Shown one piece after another: positions 36,260-44,807 of a DNA stretch of 64,000 nucleotides. The notes beneath the pieces are model-generated. The model ran no database searches. It was not told where the DNA came from and saw only the letters and a list, made by a program, of their open reading frames with translations. Location of the stretch: the NCBI GenBank assembly GCA_964544145.1, contig CAZJAT010000005.1, positions 19,882-83,881 of the forward strand, written 5' to 3'. Each line of letters starts with the position of its first letter. Positions within the stretch are counted from its first letter, which is position 1. The position numbers were made by a program, and so were the translations under genes. This DNA comes from an uncultured Bacteroidales bacterium. Lineage in GTDB: Bacteria; Hydrothermota; 32-111.

Positions 36260-37444
36260 TTATAATTCCTCAGTAGCATACTCATACAATTTCCTTATCA
36301 ATTTAAGTCCGGAGCTTTTGGAATAATTCCTTGTTGCATACTGATGACAGAAAAGAGATACTTTGCTTTTAAAATTATCATCCAGAAGTTTCTCAATATT
36401 ATCTGCCAAATTATGCTCATTCATATCCTGAATTTTCATACCATTATTCTCATTTATAAAATAGGATAATTCACCTATATCTGACGAAAGAACAGGTGTT
36501 CCCATTGATAAGGATTCCAAAGCCCTTATGCCGAATTTTTCAAATCTGACAGGCATTACGTGAAGGTTGGCGAGATGATTGATTAGAGGCTGTTCCTCAA
36601 TGGTAATTTCAGGAAAATAAAGAAAGTATTGTGGGTGTTTTTCGACCATATCCCTAACTTGCTTGCTGTATTCTCCCTTTCCAATAACAATAAAGCATAT
36701 ATCCCAATTATTTGCCAGAAGTTTCTCCGCTGCTTTTATAAAAATGTCAATTCCTTTAATATGGGAGAGATTGTCATGATACAGTACAATCTTTTTACAT
36801 TTTTCATTAATGCTGAAATAATTTCTATACATATCTTCCTGTCCATCAATGAATTTAAATATATCATCATTATAACCCCTGTATATCAATTTTAATTTTA
36901 TGCTGTCCAGTTCAAACTCATTGCGCAGTTCATTCTCAATCTGCTTTGAAGGTGCAATAATATATGATGTTTTAGCAACTGCATTTTTCACATAATCGCC
37001 GTAACGCAAGTCCTCTCTGGAAGTGTGTATCTCATTCCCGAATGAAGTCGTAATAACAGGGACTTCAGCAATATCAGCAATGACTGATGTATTCACCCAT
37101 AAGTATTGTGAATGAATAATGTCCGGTCTAAATGTTTCAATGATTTTAGCGAATGCTTTCTGAAGATATGTCTCATACATTTTGATATGTGCATCTGCCA
37201 TTGAATAAAACTTGTTTGAAGTATTAGGATGTGTTGTAAAACAAGGGAATTCAAAATCCGTATAAGGTTTCCCGAATGGTATTGTTATTGTCTTGTATAT
37301 TCGTTCATATTGTGTTTTACCATTATCAAAATTAACACACAGTACATCATGGCCGTGTGACTGGAAATAGTAACTGATTTCATCAGTATACATTCCACTT
37401 GATGACTTTGCCAATGGGAATGGTGTGACAATAAGTATCTTCAT
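36260..37444 (-). CDS. Glycosyltransferase family 4 (GT-B fold, group 1)
   Basis: N-terminal MKILIVTPFPL...SSGM; C-terminal E(x7)E-type block GIRALESLSMGTPVLSSDIGELSYFI; 394 aa. Confidence 0.8.
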   Translation of the reverse strand: MKILIVTPFPLAKSSSGMYTDEISYYFQSHGHDVLCVNFDNGKTQYERIYKTITIPFGKPYTDFEFPCFTTHPNTSNKFYSMADAHIKMYETYLQKAFAKIIETFRPDIIHSQYLWVNTSVIADIAEVPVITTSFGNEIHTSREDLRYGDYVKNAVAKTSYIIAPSKQIENELRNEFELDSIKLKLIYRGYNDDIFKFIDGQEDMYRNYFSINEKCKKIVLYHDNLSHIKGIDIFIKAAEKLLANNWDICFIVIGKGEYSKQVRDMVEKHPQYFLYFPEITIEEQPLINHLANLHVMPVRFEKFGIRALESLSMGTPVLSSDIGELSYFINENNGMKIQDMNEHNLADNIEKLLDDNFKSKVSLFCHQYATRNYSKSSGLKLIRKLYEYATEEL

Positions 37445-38535
37445 TCATCCCCCATGGAAATACCCAATCTACGTGCAGTTTCAACGAGTTGTCCATTGAT
37501 ATTTACATATTTTTTCTTATTAACAGCATTTTCAATAGGAACAGTTACAATTGAGGTCCCCTGTAAACTTACCATATGACCGAATTTTTTTTGAGCAACA
37601 AGATTAGCTGCTTCAACTCCATATCTGGATGCAAGAATTCTATCATATGCACAGGTGATTCCACCCCTCTGTATGTGTCCCAATACTGTAGTACGCACTA
37701 TCAAATCGGAATTGCTGCTTATGAAGTTATCAATATAATAACCAATGCCTCCCAGTCTGGGTAATTCCCCTTTTTGAGGATGATTCTCTATAGTGATATT
37801 TTCTTTTCCTTTCTCGAATGCTCCCTCTGAAACAACGATAATTGAGAATGCAGATCCTTTCTCCTTTCTAGCATTAATTTTATTAATAATGGATTCAAAA
37901 GAAAATGGAATTTCCGGAATAAGTATAATATCAGCTCCACCTGCGATACCGGCATTTAATGCTATCCATCCTGCATCTCTTCCCATTACTTCCACAATCA
38001 TTATCCGATGATGTGATTCGGCAGTTGAGTGAAGTTTGTCTATAGCATCGGTTGCGGTATTGATGGCAGTTTGAAATCCGAATGTATAATCAGTTGCGGA
38101 GATGTCATTATCAATTGTTTTTGGTACACCCACTATATTTGCACCCTTTTTATATAGGGCATTTGCGATATTCAAAGTGCCGTCACCTCCAATCACTACA
38201 AGACCGTCAATACTGAACTCAATGAGGGTTTTCAGAATACTGTCTGAAACATCTATCAGCTTAATTTCATTATTGACCTTAATAGGATATTGAAAGGGAT
38301 TTCCTCTGTTGCTTGTACCCAATATTGTTCCGCCTTTAGGCAGAATGCCGCGTATATCTTTTAGTGTCATTCTATAAATATTTTCACCGCCATTGATCAA
38401 TCCGTCAAAGCCGTCCTTAATACCCATCATCTCCCAGTTGTAATGTAATATACCGGATTTAACAATTCCTCTTATCACAGCATTAAGACCGGGACAGTCC
38501 CCTCCGCCTGTGAGAACTGCTACACGTTTTATCAT
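37441..38535 (-). CDS. pfkA: 6-phosphofructokinase (ATP-dependent type by GGDG motif)
   Basis: GGGDCPGLNAVIRG, VIGGDGTLN, MGRDAGWIAL, 364 aa; SD GGAGG upstream. Confidence 0.88.
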   Translation of the reverse strand: MIKRVAVLTGGGDCPGLNAVIRGIVKSGILHYNWEMMGIKDGFDGLINGGENIYRMTLKDIRGILPKGGTILGTSNRGNPFQYPIKVNNEIKLIDVSDSILKTLIEFSIDGLVVIGGDGTLNIANALYKKGANIVGVPKTIDNDISATDYTFGFQTAINTATDAIDKLHSTAESHHRIMIVEVMGRDAGWIALNAGIAGGADIILIPEIPFSFESIINKINARKEKGSAFSIIVVSEGAFEKGKENITIENHPQKGELPRLGGIGYYIDNFISSNSDLIVRTTVLGHIQRGGITCAYDRILASRYGVEAANLVAQKKFGHMVSLQGTSIVTVPIENAVNKKKYVNINGQLVETARRLGISMGDE

Positions 38536-38549
38536 CTATTCCTCCAAAA

Positions 38550-38622
38550 TGGACCAGAGCGGAGTTGAACCGCCGACCTCATCCTTGCGAAGGATGCGCT
38601 CTCCCAACTGAGCTACTGGCCC
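38550..38622 (-). tRNA. tRNA-Ala (anticodon CGC) with G3:U70 identity pair; 3' CCA not encoded
   Basis: Minus-strand sequence GGGCCAGTAGCTCAGTTGGGAGAGCGCATCCTTCGCAAGGATGAGGTCGGCGGTTCAACTCCGCTCTGGTCCA folds into a cloverleaf. Anticodon loop CTTCGCAAG; acceptor G3 pairs with U70. Confidence 0.85.
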
Positions 38623-39287
38623 TTCTTTGCTATTATAATCATCTTATTATACTTATTAAAAAATGTATTTGCAATAAGATCAATACTTTTTATTATAAAT
38701 AATGGCAATGAATGAGAAAATTTGAAAAATGCAGTATAATTAAGTAATTTATTTTCATAGAATATTGTACGCTCTACTGTAAATCCATTCTTATATAAAA
38801 TCTTATTTATAGATTCGGGTTTAAATGAGTGAAGATGGGCATTGAGCGGCGTTTCTTTATTGCAGTGAACACAAAGAGTAAATCGTCTTTTTTCATTATA
38901 TGGCACAGAAATAATCAGTGTTCCATCAACCTTCAATATTCTGTTGATTTCAGAGATACACTGATTGACATTGGTAATATGTTCTAATGTTTCAGAAATT
39001 ATGGCATTGTTAAAATTGTCACTCTTTATAGGCAGGGATAGCGCATCACCTTCAATTTTCAATTTACAATGAGTATTATTGATTTGAGATATATCAACAG
39101 AGAAAAAATCATCACTATTATTTTTACAAATATATCCATCAGCACTTCCGATGTCTAATGTTGAACCTTTTGAAACTAGTGATCTTATCATGCGATATCT
39201 ATAATTCATTCTTCCGCGTTCATTTGCTGTTAGGTCATTATATTCCATAAGATTATTATCAATTGAATAATGTTCAGTATAATTCAA
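38613..39287 (-). CDS. Class I SAM-dependent methyltransferase (Methyltransf_11-like)
   Basis: Motif I LDIGSADGYI, post-I and motif II-like LKVDGTLIIS; 224 aa; 3' end overlaps the tRNA 5' end by ~10 nt. Confidence 0.65.
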   Translation of the reverse strand: MNYTEHYSIDNNLMEYNDLTANERGRMNYRYRMIRSLVSKGSTLDIGSADGYICKNNSDDFFSVDISQINNTHCKLKIEGDALSLPIKSDNFNNAIISETLEHITNVNQCISEINRILKVDGTLIISVPYNEKRRFTLCVHCNKETPLNAHLHSFKPESINKILYKNGFTVERTIFYENKLLNYTAFFKFSHSLPLFIIKSIDLIANTFFNKYNKMIIIAKKGQ

Positions 39288-39478
39288 TTTTTTCTATCCT
39301 CAATCAGTTTTTTTAAGCTTCTGTCATAAGTAAGTTCTGCTTCAGTACTAAAAAAACATGCAGGGAATTCATTCATTGAATTATGATATTCAATACATTC
39401 CTTGCAATTACCATGTCTTTTACAGCTTCTGTATGTGCAGGGGCATTTAGTATTAATGTTTTCCATTACTATGCTCAT
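39284..39478 (-). CDS. Small cysteine-rich protein (CPCx4Cx2HGxCx2C, 'cysteine-rich small domain'-like)
   Basis: KCPCTYRSCKRHGNCKECIEYH...ACFF; 64 aa; overlaps the methyltransferase gene by 4 nt. Confidence 0.4.
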   Translation of the reverse strand: MSIVMENINTKCPCTYRSCKRHGNCKECIEYHNSMNEFPACFFSTEAELTYDRSLKKLIEDRKN

Positions 39479-39930
39479 AAAAAGTAAAAAATAAATCCTA
39501 TTCCTGCATTAAAATCCAGAGAAGTAGCAGGAATAACATCTAATATGGGTGAGCATTCAATGAACAGTTCAATAGGAATGTCAGGGAATTGCAATCCTGC
39601 TCCTGCAGTAAATTTTACTCCCACATTGGTGTTATTGTTTGTTTTGATTCTGATTCCCGGTCCTGTATAGAAAAAAAGAGGTAATGTGATTTCTCCATCA
39701 TCGCTTTTCACGGAATAATAGAAATTGTAAGAATAACCAAAACTTCCGTAAACCATACTAGCCGGAATATCCCACGCAATAATCGAATTAATGCTGTTAT
39801 TCTGATTGAGATTCACTTTTAATTTTATGCCTGTTGGATTACCTGCATAAATGCCTGCCCCGAAATGATTGGATGCATGCGATGTTAAAAAGACAATTAG
39901 AGAGAGGATGATGATTACAGCTCGTTTCAT
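39475..39930 (-). CDS. Small outer-membrane beta-barrel-like protein with signal peptide
   Basis: MKRAVIIILSLIVFLTSHA; Gly/aromatic-rich alternating strands; C-terminal FIFYFL. Confidence 0.4.
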   Translation of the reverse strand: MKRAVIIILSLIVFLTSHASNHFGAGIYAGNPTGIKLKVNLNQNNSINSIIAWDIPASMVYGSFGYSYNFYYSVKSDDGEITLPLFFYTGPGIRIKTNNNTNVGVKFTAGAGLQFPDIPIELFIECSPILDVIPATSLDFNAGIGFIFYFL

Positions 39931-42900
39931 TATTTTAACTCCATTTTGCTATTTATTTGTTCCAGAATTGAATCACAGAATGTAATAATGTTTTTTTTAT
40001 CAATATCATGTGCAATTGTCAGAGCTTCATTGGCAAATTTTATCGCGCTCCCGAATTCATTCATAATCATTTTCAATTCAGCTCTTTTTGAAAGAAAATG
40101 GGAGAGAGGGAATCTTGCATTCATTTTTCTAATAATGGATATGCATTTTGCAAAATATTTATCAGCCTCACTATTTTTTCTCTGAAGTTTGTACAGTTCT
40201 GCCATATTGCCTAAATCAATTGCTTCAGACCACTTATTACCAATTTGTCTATCAATAATAAGAGCATCTTTATAATATTTCAAGGATTTTGCGTATTGAC
40301 CTTCTGTTGCATAGAAATTTGCAATATTGCCAAGTACTATTGTCTCATTTTCAAGATTGTTAACATCCTTATCAATTTCAAGAGCTTTAAAATAATATTC
40401 TAAAACTCTATCTTTCTCGCCCATATCATTGTACACTTGTCCCATATTACCAAGCACAATGGCTTCTGATCTCCTGTTACCGATTTTCCTGTTTATTCTG
40501 AGGGAAATGCTGTTATGATGTATACTCTGTTTAAATGACTCGCTGTTTCTATATATCAAACCGATACGCAGATGAAGTTTTGCCTGAGAGTTCAAATCAT
40601 TGCTTTTTTCAGCATCTTTCAGCGCTCTTTGATAATATTTCATTGCTCTCTGGTCATCACCCTGTCTGTAGAGCACTAAACCCATATTGGAAAATATGGA
40701 GTTTCTCAGTTTTCTGTTTTTTTCTGCATATTTCAATGCATTATTAAACTGTATTATTGCTTCATTAAAATCACCCTTATTATAATAGACAAGTCCCATA
40801 AGTTCGTAGATTTTACTCATTCCCTCAATATCATTTTTCTTTTTGTAAAGGTTAAATGAGCTGTTATACTGAACAATTGCTTTCTTATATTTACCAAGCG
40901 ACCAGTATATTTCTCCAAGTGTTTTATAGGCATTTGCACATAAAAGAATATTTCTCTTGCATAAACGAATAGCTTTTTGAAGCACCTTTACACCCTCATC
41001 ATAGTTGGCAGTGTGCAGCATAATATTGCCGAGATTGATATATGCATGAGCTTGCTGTGATTTTGAAATGTCAAGTTTCAGTAATTCATATATAAGTTTG
41101 ATGGCAATTTCATTCGAGTATGTGCTCATGTATCGTTCAATTGCCAATTTTAAATAGTGCATCTTTTTATTCTTAATATTTGCCTGTTTATAGTGATAGT
41201 ATAATATCTCATAATATGGGCTAAGATCATTGCTGTATTGCTTTTCATAAAGCGAGGCAATCCGAGAATGCAGTTTTTTCAATTCATCTTCAAACTGCAT
41301 CTTATAGGCAATCTCATGTAATAATGTATGTCTGAAAACACCAAGATTTTTCGAAATAACAGATATAATTTTATTCCTTTCTCCCTCAGTGAGGATTTTC
41401 CCGATATTCTTTCCAACAAGTAAATTCAACAGAATTATTTCAAACTCTTTCCCGAAAACCGATGCTTTCTTTATTCCTTCTCTTGTAACAGCTGATAAAG
41501 AGTCCAGCCGTGATACAATTAATCTGTCAATGCTTGACGGTAATTCATAATCCGCTTTGGATAAATTAATTGAATTGCCATTATGCTCAATTAAATCATT
41601 GTTGGCAAGATGTATTGTGATTTGCTCAAGGAACAAAGGATTGCCTTCAGATTTTTCCCATAATAACTGAAGTAAGGTATCTGATGGTTTTTTTTCAAAA
41701 AAAGCAGTAATAAATAATTTTACTCCTTTAAAATTGAAATTATTCAATGGAATACTTATATGCTTCAAACGAATTCTGTCCGTTACGCGATTCTTCTCTC
41801 TGAAAACAATAATAAGACCTGCATTTAATATGTTATCCTGGAAAGCGTAGTTGAGAAAATCTATGGTTTCCTCATCTGCCCACATCATATCGTCAAATAC
41901 AAATATCTGTCTTCTCAGACTGCATTCTTTAATTAATATTTGGCGAATAATGTAGAATGTGGTTTCCTGCATTTCCTTTCCTGATATATGTTTTAATATA
42001 CCCTCATCTGCTAGTGAAAAAAAGTGATGTATGTATTTGGAATATGTCTCATACTGTTCACTGAAATGTGATGCAAGATATTTATCAGCTTTTGATTTCT
42101 TTCTATCCCTGTCATCATAGTATCCAAAGTCCATTATTGATGCTATGACTTGTTTGATAGGTGACATAGGTTCAAACAAAACTGAATCACATAAACCGTA
42201 ATGAAATAATATTTTACTGTTTTGTAATGTATGGTATACAATGCGGGTTTTCCCGATACCGCTTTCACCCTCAATATAAATGATTGGGGATTTACTTTTT
42301 TTAAATGTATTTTCAATATAAGTTATTATCCTATTTTGTTCATTTTCCCTTGATACGAAAGGAGAAGCAAAATCAATAACCCTGTTTTTCTTGGATTCAA
42401 TACTATATAGACTGATTTTTTTCTTTTTTCCCTTTACATTGAAATAATTCTCAAATGCAAATTCAAATGTTCTGCTCTCCTGTTTAACACGTTCACTTAT
42501 ATATATTTTCCCTTTGCTAAGACATGATATCCTTGATGCAGTATTGACTATATCACCAAGAACAGTATATTCCATCCAATTTTTACTCCCAATAAAACCT
42601 GTATAGGATATACCATAATCAATGCCTGCTGAAATATTCAAATGTTTAAATTCATCTCCAATCTTTACAGCCATATTCAAGGCATTTTCAATCATATTTT
42701 CTGATGCAAATGGAGCACCGAATATTACAAGTATGATTCCGCCTTTTTCTGTAAAATCAACCTTATTGAAATATCCGTTCATTTCAATGGAATATTCCAT
42801 TATACTTGTTATAAGTCTATTCAGCTCATTTCTCTCAATATCATTGCTGAAATTAAAGAAGAGAGGGACAGTTTTTCTGAACTCACCCTTTATGCTGAGT

Positions 42901-43553
42901 TCACTCAGGATATCGGGAAAGAAATCCTTGTTGAATTTTGAAGAAGGTATTTTTGTTTTTGCTTTTTTATTTTTTTTAGTAATGTTCAAATCAACTGTAA
43001 GAATATTATTCATTTTTTTATAGGGTATGAGAGATTTCTTAAGCTGAGGAAGGATTTGTGTATCCAGACAGACAGTATCCGGTTTTGCATGCTGCTGAAT
43101 CTTTATTGCATCTCTTATCCCACTGCCTTTAAAATAATATGTTTTAAATATACTGGATATTATTTCCCATTGAATATCGCCCTTAGCAATCCCCAATCGT
43201 ATATGCATTTTATTTTCAGTATTTTCGTTGAATCTCTTGAATGTTTGAATAATATTGCTGCCTATTTCAATGATTTGCTCAATACTGTCTGTAAAGCGAA
43301 ATACTGCTGTAAATGCATCTCCTGCAAAATTGGTTATAAATCCGTTATTGGTATATACAATATCAGTAATTTCACCGAATGTCTGGTTAAGAATATAACC
43401 GGTTTTTTCGGCGCCCGTTTTACCTTCACTGAGTAATTGTTCCAATAGGGGAGTGAAATTACAAATATCACAAGAAATAACATATGCATCGGATGTTCCA
43501 AAATCATTATTTATGTGTTCCTGTATAAAACCAGGTATGAGATTTTTTTTCAT
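39930..43553 (-). CDS. Multidomain signalling protein: tandem class III adenylate/guanylate cyclase homology domains (complementary pseudo-heterodimer) + STAND/AAA+ NTPase + C-terminal TPR array
   Basis: CHD1 ~aa 18-160 (VISCDICNFT, NFAGDAFTAVF, LGIAKGDIQWE). CHD2 ~aa 215-345 (LVIFGAPF, GFIGSKNWMEYTVLGDIVNTASRIS). Walker A IEGESGIGKTRIV, Walker B VFDDMMWAD. More than 8 TPR-like repeats (YYNKGDFNEA, LGNMGQVYNDMGEKD...). Confidence 0.8.
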   Translation of the reverse strand: MKKNLIPGFIQEHINNDFGTSDAYVISCDICNFTPLLEQLLSEGKTGAEKTGYILNQTFGEITDIVYTNNGFITNFAGDAFTAVFRFTDSIEQIIEIGSNIIQTFKRFNENTENKMHIRLGIAKGDIQWEIISSIFKTYYFKGSGIRDAIKIQQHAKPDTVCLDTQILPQLKKSLIPYKKMNNILTVDLNITKKNKKAKTKIPSSKFNKDFFPDILSELSIKGEFRKTVPLFFNFSNDIERNELNRLITSIMEYSIEMNGYFNKVDFTEKGGIILVIFGAPFASENMIENALNMAVKIGDEFKHLNISAGIDYGISYTGFIGSKNWMEYTVLGDIVNTASRISCLSKGKIYISERVKQESRTFEFAFENYFNVKGKKKKISLYSIESKKNRVIDFASPFVSRENEQNRIITYIENTFKKSKSPIIYIEGESGIGKTRIVYHTLQNSKILFHYGLCDSVLFEPMSPIKQVIASIMDFGYYDDRDRKKSKADKYLASHFSEQYETYSKYIHHFFSLADEGILKHISGKEMQETTFYIIRQILIKECSLRRQIFVFDDMMWADEETIDFLNYAFQDNILNAGLIIVFREKNRVTDRIRLKHISIPLNNFNFKGVKLFITAFFEKKPSDTLLQLLWEKSEGNPLFLEQITIHLANNDLIEHNGNSINLSKADYELPSSIDRLIVSRLDSLSAVTREGIKKASVFGKEFEIILLNLLVGKNIGKILTEGERNKIISVISKNLGVFRHTLLHEIAYKMQFEDELKKLHSRIASLYEKQYSNDLSPYYEILYYHYKQANIKNKKMHYLKLAIERYMSTYSNEIAIKLIYELLKLDISKSQQAHAYINLGNIMLHTANYDEGVKVLQKAIRLCKRNILLCANAYKTLGEIYWSLGKYKKAIVQYNSSFNLYKKKNDIEGMSKIYELMGLVYYNKGDFNEAIIQFNNALKYAEKNRKLRNSIFSNMGLVLYRQGDDQRAMKYYQRALKDAEKSNDLNSQAKLHLRIGLIYRNSESFKQSIHHNSISLRINRKIGNRRSEAIVLGNMGQVYNDMGEKDRVLEYYFKALEIDKDVNNLENETIVLGNIANFYATEGQYAKSLKYYKDALIIDRQIGNKWSEAIDLGNMAELYKLQRKNSEADKYFAKCISIIRKMNARFPLSHFLSKRAELKMIMNEFGSAIKFANEALTIAHDIDKKNIITFCDSILEQINSKMELK

Positions 43554-43587
43554 TAAAAAAATGGGGAGCTAAAAGCTCCCCTGTGAA

Positions 43588-44673
43588 TTATTTAGCTATT
43601 GCCGGAATTACTTGGTTTATATCAATCTGATGTTCACTTCCATCCTCAAATACGGCAATCATATATGATTTGTATGCAGGGTTCAACAGGTTGTTCGGAT
43701 CCCATATTACACCCTCAAGGTCAGCTGCATGAACACCGTCTTTGGTTAATTCTCCAGTAAATTCAATCTTGGTATATTCGATTGTCTGTCCACCATAAGG
43801 TCCATCAACATATTCGGGGTCTTCAGTATCAATGTCAATCTTCCATCCAGTATCATATTCAACAACAAGATTGACAGTCTCGTCTCCGGTTGATGTTATT
43901 GTGTATTCAACCCATTCATCATTGATTTCATCCTCTACACGGAAATTTGCTTCATCAACAACAAGCACATAATCATCAATGGGATCATCTTCTGTATGTC
44001 CTTCATATCCGATTGTAATGTTGTATTCATCTGTGACGCCCCATGTTACTGATAGGTCAATGGGTACATATTCATCATAGCCGAATTCATCAGTTTCTGT
44101 TGTGAATTCTGCATCAAATGTGATGTATACAAGCTCAGTATCATCAATGGAAAGTGTTATATCAACTGTATTCGGTGTTTCCTCATCAGGGTCGCCTGCA
44201 TAGTATGTAATACGGTCAAAGAGCAATTCGACGGAGTGTTCTTCATTGTCAATTGATGTGTCAATAAATGACCAGATGAAAAGGTATCCATCTGTAGGAT
44301 ATGAATCATCTGTCAGGATGAAATTGTATGATGTAGAATCATATTCATAGGTTCCGTATACAGTATCAAGAAGTAATTTCGTATCCATATCACCGTTCAT
44401 GAGATTGAATGGTATAAGATAATCTGCAGCTGTGCCGCCTTTGGAAAAGAAGTCAGTTGCAGCAGCCATAGCTAGCTCTGTATTCTCACCCTCAATATCA
44501 TTTACACCTGCATTTACATCATCCTCAAAAGTATCAAGGAAATCCTCGATTTCTGTTTGTGTTACATCCTGAGGCAGAAGAAAACAAGATGAAATTGAAA
44601 ATACAAAAATAAGCAGTACTGCCATTAGAATGATTTGAGTTCTTTTCATATAATACCTCCTAATTATATTCAT
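43588..44673 (-). CDS. Hypothetical acidic (Asp/Glu/Thr-rich) secreted lipoprotein
   Basis: Signal peptide plus ...FSISSCF lipobox-like; highly acidic body; no recognisable domain. Confidence 0.45.
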   Translation of the reverse strand: MNIIRRYYMKRTQIILMAVLLIFVFSISSCFLLPQDVTQTEIEDFLDTFEDDVNAGVNDIEGENTELAMAAATDFFSKGGTAADYLIPFNLMNGDMDTKLLLDTVYGTYEYDSTSYNFILTDDSYPTDGYLFIWSFIDTSIDNEEHSVELLFDRITYYAGDPDEETPNTVDITLSIDDTELVYITFDAEFTTETDEFGYDEYVPIDLSVTWGVTDEYNITIGYEGHTEDDPIDDYVLVVDEANFRVEDEINDEWVEYTITSTGDETVNLVVEYDTGWKIDIDTEDPEYVDGPYGGQTIEYTKIEFTGELTKDGVHAADLEGVIWDPNNLLNPAYKSYMIAVFEDGSEHQIDINQVIPAIAK

Positions 44674-44807
44674 TTTGATAATATTATATATATATATTTA
44701 TGTATAGTCAAGTAGAGTAATAATTTATTAATAAAAATAAAAATATATCTATTGATAAATCCTTTGAAATATCTTATTATATTAAATCAACATATATGAG
44801 GAGTCGT

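Noticed and set aside
39930-43553. Considered calling the cyclase-STAND-TPR protein an antiviral Avs/Pycsar-type defence gene outright
   Set aside because: The architecture is suggestive, but similar AC-ATPase-TPR proteins are ordinary signalling proteins in several phyla, and no defence island, nuclease effector or mobile context surrounds it. Kept as a hypothesis in findings rather than a feature call.
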